Below are positions 57,796 to 64,000 of a DNA stretch of 64,000 nucleotides, one piece after another (within the stretch, counting starts at the first letter, position 1; each line of letters starts with the position of its first letter). A program made the translations under genes and the position numbers. The stretch spans positions 1 through 64,000 of the forward strand of contig NW_027191477.1 of the NCBI RefSeq assembly GCF_011745625.1, given 5' to 3'. This DNA comes from Cladosporium halotolerans (lineage: Eukaryota). The notes under the pieces were generated by a model. That model had not been told where the DNA came from, did no database searches, and saw only the letters and a list, made by a program, of their open reading frames with translations.

Positions 57796-58700
57796 TCAAG
57801 CATGAAACTCATCCAAAAGCTTCATGATCTCCGGTTTTCCAGATTCTACCGCAAGTTGACTGGCTGTCTTGCCATTCGTGTTCTCAATTTCTGAATCAGC
57901 ACCGTGCGCGAGCAAAATGGTCACCAAATCAGCACAGCCTAATATGATAGCCCTGTGCAAAGGCGTACCGAGCCCATCGCGCATACCAAATACTGACCAT
58001 TGCGGCTCCTGGCCATCGAACCTTAAGCGGTTGGGCTGAGCGCCACGCTCTAGCAGCAGTTTCGTAATTTCGCAGGCATCGTCTTCGCGCTCCACTGCCC
58101 AGTTCAGCACGTCACCTTTTCGCACGTCTCCGCCATGAGAAAGTAACATGTTGATCATCTCGGTCGTCCCGGACAGCGCCGCTCTCGACAACGCCGTGTC
58201 ATATTCGTAGCCAGCATTGGGGTCGGCCCCTTGCTCTAGAAACCACACGACAAGCTCTTTGCTGTGCATGGCGTACCTACATCCGCGAGATTAAGCCTGG
58301 GTTCAGCGCCGGCGAAATTTCTTGGGACATACCCCAGCGCAGGCGGTCCATCCATCTTCACTTGCTCGTTAATGTCCCACCCATTCCAGAGGAAGGCTTC
58401 GAAATTCCTGATCGAGCCCACTCGTAGAGCGTCCAATACTGGGAGTTTGTCATCATTGCTGACGGCTAACAGAAGCGACACGATATCGGACCGCGCTTTT
58501 TCGACTGCTATCATCAACGCCGAAGTTGTCCACCTTGGCGATATCGCGCCACTTTCATCGAGCATCTCCGGCGAGCTTTGCCATATTGTGAGGATGGTGT
58601 AGACTGCTGGCATTGAGCTCCTCGCAACAGCGGCCTGCAGGTCGGATTCCGCTGGCACGACGGGAGTGGCATCCTCGAAATCCGATCCGAGCATGAACAT
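57796..58700 (-). CDS. Ankyrin-repeat protein; 2 exons
   Basis: SALMIAV, GWDIN, GADPN, TALSRAA, VLNWAV, TPLHRAI and GKTASQLA; intron 58277-58332. Confidence 0.78.
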
Positions 58701-59000
58701 TGTGAGAGCTGTGGGAGCCAGACAGAGAAAGTGCAGGATGCGTTCGATCCATGTGGCGACGCATGCAAGGTGGAGTGGTGTTGGTTGCGCTCTCGCTGGC
58801 GGAGTCGTCGCGGGGCAGATGCCAGAGGAAGCTCAGGGCTTGGCATGCATGGGCGCCACGGGGCTTGCTGGACTTGATGAGCTGGCAAAGAGGGGGATCG
58901 CTGAATCGTATCGCAAGGCAAGTCGATACTTCAGATCCGTAGCTCGCAGAGCGGAACCTGTTCGCGATGTGGAGAGGGCGCACCAGAGTGAGGCTGCACG

Positions 59001-59792
59001 ATGGCCCTGTTTCAGCTGGAGAGGACGCGTCAGGTCTTGACGGTGGACATGAATGACACCCAGTTTTGTGATTTTGGTACTACTGTCAACGCAATTGGGA
59101 CTCGCAACTTGAATGGATGCCACGTAGTCATCATCTTCTCCACACGGGGCGCAATTCTGGCACACATAGCGCCAGGTCCAGCGAAACATCAGGCAAGGGA
59201 TCTGGAGTCTATGCGACAGCATATCATTGACAACATGGGCGTTGTTGATGCGAAGTACCGAGAGAAACGCGACTTCTTTCCCAGCCCAGGGACCGAGACA
59301 CACACCGTCCACGCCTGGCTTGGGGGTGAACTTGCATCGCCAGAACAGCATCGGCTCATTGAACAATGCGTGGTCTCAATGGGACTACCCAAGCCCACAG
59401 CATATCGTTACGATGTCAATGTACAGTCCAATAGGAATCCGGATTCCAGTGGAGGCACAGTAGTGCTACTCGGATCCTCTCCACCGAGACTCTTGATTGA
59501 AGACAAGATTGTGTCGCCGAAGGGCCAGACCATCGTCAGTTCGGCCGCGTTGGGTGGTGAAGGAAATGCATCATCTTCGAACCCCGCTACTCCTGCGGGC
59601 GTCCCAAGCAAACACACTGGTTGGGTCCATCTGGGAGGTATGTTTGTGGCATACCGCGAAGGTGTCCCTGTGGCGCAGAAGAATACATTTCCGGTCAACG
59701 TACAGGTGTACAGCCCACAAGGTTGGTACGGGTCGGCGAAGAACTGGGCCCGATGGGACGGCGATAGCTCACATCCACCTGTGTTGTGGTGA
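59001..59792 (+). CDS. Hypothetical protein with a CNF1/CheD/YfiH-like Cys-His motif (candidate deamidase)
   Basis: 263-aa ORF containing IGTRNLNGCHVVIIFSTRGAILAHI. The ORF is well supported; the function is inferred only. Confidence 0.55.
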   Translation: MALFQLERTRQVLTVDMNDTQFCDFGTTVNAIGTRNLNGCHVVIIFSTRGAILAHIAPGPAKHQARDLESMRQHIIDNMGVVDAKYREKRDFFPSPGTETHTVHAWLGGELASPEQHRLIEQCVVSMGLPKPTAYRYDVNVQSNRNPDSSGGTVVLLGSSPPRLLIEDKIVSPKGQTIVSSAALGGEGNASSSNPATPAGVPSKHTGWVHLGGMFVAYREGVPVAQKNTFPVNVQVYSPQGWYGSAKNWARWDGDSSHPPVLW

Positions 59793-60237
59793 AACTCCGT
59801 CTGCCCCCAGTACGGCCGCATTGTTAGTCAGGTGAAACCGGGCCGGCGCAACAATTCGTAGCCTTCACGTCTTACAAAAGATTCATCGAGGCCGGGCAGG
59901 AGAGTCGCCGTGAATACAGATCCTGTGACGCGAGTTCACAGGGAGCCGTTTTCCGCTCCTCGTATCATAATTCGTACTTGTTCGTGCCAAAGAGGAGAGG
60001 TCCTTCCGATCTCCATGACTGTTATCATAAATCGACGGTGATTGCTGTCTGTTTTGCCAGACAGAGTGGTGGTCTGTTTAGGTACCTTGTGTTTATGACA
60101 AAAAAGTCATCCCTTTCCGGGTGAGCGACCGAAACCCCGCACTCAAGCCAGACGTCCCCCGCCAACTGCGACCTCACGCAATCTGAACCTTTGTGTCATA
60201 CCGAGTCCTTCGCGGACAATCACCTCCGGGATACACA

Positions 60238-61814
60238 ATGCAGCCGCTTCACCTTCTGGACAGTCAAGTGCGGTCTCTGAGGCAACAGGTCCAGTCGACG
60301 GAGACACAGCTGCGCAATCTCAAGATCCAGCTCCAGCAGGCCGAGCAGCAGTGCGAAGCAGCCCGCCAACTTGAAGAAGCATGGGCAGGCGGGTTTCCTC
60401 ATGAATGGATAAACGAGACTCTGGCTGCACTTTCTCCAGAGGCACATCAGGCGGTAGGACAGGAGTCGCAGCCGCAGTCAACGCACGGAAGGTGGCCGCT
60501 GGAGAGTGAGGAATACAAGAGATACGGGCGGCAGATGATTCTGCCGGAGGTCGGCCTGCATGGACAACTACGATTGAAGAAGGCGAGGGTACTCATAGTC
60601 GGTGCTGGAGGTCTAGGATGTCCGGCAGCAGCATACCTTGCTGGAGCGGGTGTTGGCACCCTCGGTCTTGTGGACGGTGACACGGTGGAGATTTCGAATC
60701 TGCATCGCCAGGTCGCCCACGGCACTGACAGGGTCGGCATGAGCAAGGTGGACAGCGCAGTGGAATATCTGACCTCGTATGTATCTGTATCATTCGCACC
60801 TGTCACAAGCTTTTTCTCTCAGCTCCCGCAACATCAACCCGTTCTAACCACTCCCTTTCCAGCCTAAACCCTCGTGTCAACTACCAACGCCACCCCTACC
60901 ACCTCACCCCGCAGACCGCCATCTCCCTCTTTGAGCAGTACGACCTCGTCCTTGACTGTACCGACCACCCGACCTCCCGCTATCTCATCTCCGACACCTG
61001 CGTCCTGACCAGCAAGCCCCTCGTCTCCGCCTCCGCCCTCAAAACCGAAGGCCAATTAATCGTCCTCAATAACCCTCCGCTCCCACCCGGCTCCTCCAAT
61101 GGCGGCCCTTGCTACCGTTGCGTCTTCCCTCGCCCACCACCCGCCGACAGCGTCCTCAGCTGCGGCGAAGGTGGCATCCTCGGACCCGTAGTCGGCCTGA
61201 TGGGCGTACTGCAAGCGCTAGAAGCCATCAAGCTGCTGACCGCCCAACCTTCGCCATCATCCACACTGGAACCGCCCAAGCCCACGCTTTTGATCTTCTC
61301 AGCCTATAGCACGCCGCCCTTTCGCTCCGTCCGGCTACGGACGCGGCGTGCGGACTGCGCCGCCTGCTCTTCGGTCGCCTCTATAACTTCCCAGTCGCTC
61401 ACAAGCGGCTCGCTGGACTACGTAGCCTTCTGCGGCGGGACCTCACCTCTTGACCTCCTGCCCCCGCACGCGCGCGTCTCAGCGGCGGAATTTGCGCGCC
61501 AGCCACGCGACGGCACGAACACGTTGATCGACGTGCGAGATGAGACGCAGTACTCGATGTGTGCGCTGAGAGGCAGCGTGAATGTCCCGTGGACGGGAGA
61601 CGCAGAATCCTGGGCACAAGCAGCCGCACTGCGAGAGGAGATAAGCGCGGCGGGCAAAGCGTGCTATGTTGTGTGCAGGATGGGGAATGACTCGCAGTTG
61701 GCGGCTCGCGCGCTGATGGAAAGGGGCTTGGGGGCTGATGGGGGCGTGAGGCATATCGAAGGTGGATTTAGGGCCTGGAGGGAAGAGGTGGATCCGGGGT
61801 GGCCGGAGTATTGA
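60238..61814 (+). CDS. UBA4: Adenylyltransferase/sulfurtransferase (ThiF + rhodanese); 2 exons
   Basis: [40 protein letters not shown] and rhodanese CRMGNDSQ; intron 60777-60862. Confidence 0.95.
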
Positions 61815-61913
61815 GGGGCCTTTTGTGAGACGTGTTGTATGAAGGACTTCCGCTTTGCTACCTCATGATATCTTGGGTGGAGCAAGCTGTGAAACCAACT
61901 CAAATCCTACGTT

Positions 61914-62474
61914 CTACGCCGAAGCCTCCGCCTCAGCCTGTCGACTGGCAACACTGCCGCCTCTCCACGCGCTCTTCGGGTCCTGTCTCTGATGCTGCGT
62001 CGACTCGCTCTCCTTACCAACAGGGCCCCAACCACCACCGCCAGGCGTGTTGACAATAATACGGTCTCCAGCCTGCATACTAGCAGTGTTCTTGCCGCCC
62101 AAGTTGATATACCTGACCTCAGCCTGCGCGTCCTTGTCTCCGTTCACATCGGCATCACTGCCCTTCAACTTCGGCACATTGCGGACCCAAATATTCTGCC
62201 CGCACTGCGCGTCCTCGCCGCCAGCCAAACCATACGGGTGGTACACTCTTCTCTCAGAGAGGATGCTGACCTGAACCGGGATCCTGAACTCAATATCCCT
62301 GACAACACCATCGCCACCCCGATGCTGGCCCTTACCAGCACTGCCCTCTCGCAAGCTGAACTCGCGTAGCAAGACTGGATATCTGCGCTCAAAGACCTCT
62401 GAGTCCGTGATGCGTGTGTTAGTCATGTGGGTGTGGACGCCACTAGTGCCGTCCCAGGATTCGCCGGCGCCGGA

Positions 62475-62506
<32 letters not shown>

Positions 62507-64000
62507 CCTTGACTTCTTCTTCGCCAGAGACGTTGCCTCCGAAGCCGAAGGTCAGGTTGTTGCAGTCGCCCTGGCTGGCGGCGCAGGCCTGGAAAGCCTT
62601 GAGGACGACGTCGGTGATGCGCTGGGAGGTGAGGACGTTGCCGCCGACGACGGCGGCGGAGCCCGAAGGCGAGAGGAACGATCGCGGGGGGATGATGACC
62701 TTGATTGGGCTGAGGCAGCCTTGGTTGAGCGGGATGTCTTCTTTGATCAGGCAGCGGAGGCAGTAGATGATGGCGCTGTAGGTCACGGCTTGGGGGGCAT
62801 TGATGTTGCCGTAGACTTCGGGGCCGGTGCCGGTGAAATCGAAAATGGCTTCGCCTTTGTCTGCGTCGATCGTCACCTTCAGTTTTATCGGGCTCCCGTC
62901 GTCCATGTGGTCCATGGCCGACAAATCTTGACCTTCGAAGCGTTTGCTGACGTCCTTCAAGAGGTTGCGCACACTCAGCTCGGCGTTGTCTTGAATGTTG
63001 TGCATGTAGAATTGTACCACTTCCTCGCCGTAATCTTCGATCAGCGAGCTAATGAGATTAATACCCTTCTGATTAGCTGCGACTTGTGCTTTTAGATCGT
63101 TAAGGTTATCTGCCAAGCATCTTGTGCCGGAGCAGCCAGGGTGCTGAGCCGGCTCCTTGAGGAGCAGTTCTGTGATGCGCTCTTCGTCGAAGCGGCCTTC
63201 AGAAACGAGCTTCTCGCTCTTGATAGCAGCACCTTCTTGGAAAAGCTCGCGGGAGTGGGGAGGCATGGATCCCGGCAAAATGCCGCCAATGTCCGCATGG
63301 TGAGCGCGAGAGGCAACGTAAAAGACGATCTTGTCGCCGCTGAAAGCAGGCGTGATCACTGTGATATCGGGCAAGTGGGTTCCTCCAAACATGGGGTGGT
63401 TCGAAACCAGAACATCGCCCTTCTTCAGCTTGCCGCGCCAGATCTCAGACTGCTTTTGCACGCAAGTTGACATGCTGCCAAGATGGACGGGTAGATGGGG
63501 TGCGTTGGCTACAAGACCACCGTCGGCATCAAACAGTGCACAAGAGTAGTCCAGGCGCTCCTTGACGTTCGTGCTCACACTCGTCTTCTGCAGTGCCCGG
63601 CCCATCTGCTCGGCAATGGCCATGAAGCGATGAGAGAAAATGCTGAGCATGATGGGGTCAACTTCCTTGGTGGTCAGCTGTTTGTCCGAGCTTTCACTTT
63701 CGCCCACGTTGATCACAACATGGGTGTCGATGAGCAGGGCAGTCGCATTTGGAGTGACGACGATGGTCTGAGTGCCGTCCGCAATGATAGCAGGACCCTT
63801 GATACGATCGCCAACCGCGAGGTCCTCAAGCTTGTAGATCGAAGTTTCTTGCCTGCCTCCATCGAAATAGACAGAACGAGAGCCGTACACCTTCTCGCCC
63901 TTTCCGATGTCCTTCGGTTTGATGTCTTTCAGCTGCTGATCGACAGTCCGCTCCAAGCCTTCGAAGGTCTTGCCAATACCACGAGCGCGGACGTCATCAA
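61914..64000 (-). CDS. OXP1: 5-oxoprolinase (ATP-hydrolysing); only the 3' portion is in the window
   Basis: [62 protein letters not shown] and TPGGGGWG. Confidence 0.96.

Noticed and set aside
1..64000. tRNA, rRNA, CRISPR arrays, transposase or reverse transcriptase genes
   Set aside because: None recognised by eye; a tRNAscan/Infernal/Repeat search would be needed to exclude small RNAs.

Overview
Eukaryotic DNA from a filamentous ascomycete. Evidence: short GT-AG introns with CTRAC branch sites, a Zn2Cys6 factor and RIP-like mutations. Dothideomycetes is an inference. About 26 protein-coding loci were modelled by eye. Left to right: a divergent trehalose-6-phosphate synthase, a 188-bp MITE, a fungal SLATT-domain protein, an F-box pseudogene and a TOK-type K+ channel. 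Next is a compact ~14-kb catabolic cluster (12.0-25.9 kb): class II aldolase, HglS/YdcJ 2-oxoadipate dioxygenase, Asp/Glu racemase-like protein, D-2-hydroxyacid dehydrogenase, MFS permease, PPR1/UaY-type Zn2Cys6 regulator, sarcosine/pipecolate-oxidase-family flavoenzyme and tautomerase. Its promoters share a CGG-N6-CCG site, the spacing predicted for the embedded regulator. Then come an ABCB transporter and a putative immune locus (lipase-NACHT-ankyrin-coiled-coil NLR, single-pass membrane protein, atypical Hsp70). These are followed by an FMO and a housekeeping block (ARE2, RMT2, dienelactone hydrolase-like, HST2). A ~6-kb accessory island holds two pseudogenes and an ankyrin / CNF1-like deamidase pair. 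UBA4 and the 3' part of 5-oxoprolinase end the window. All assignments come from motif recognition; no database searches were run.
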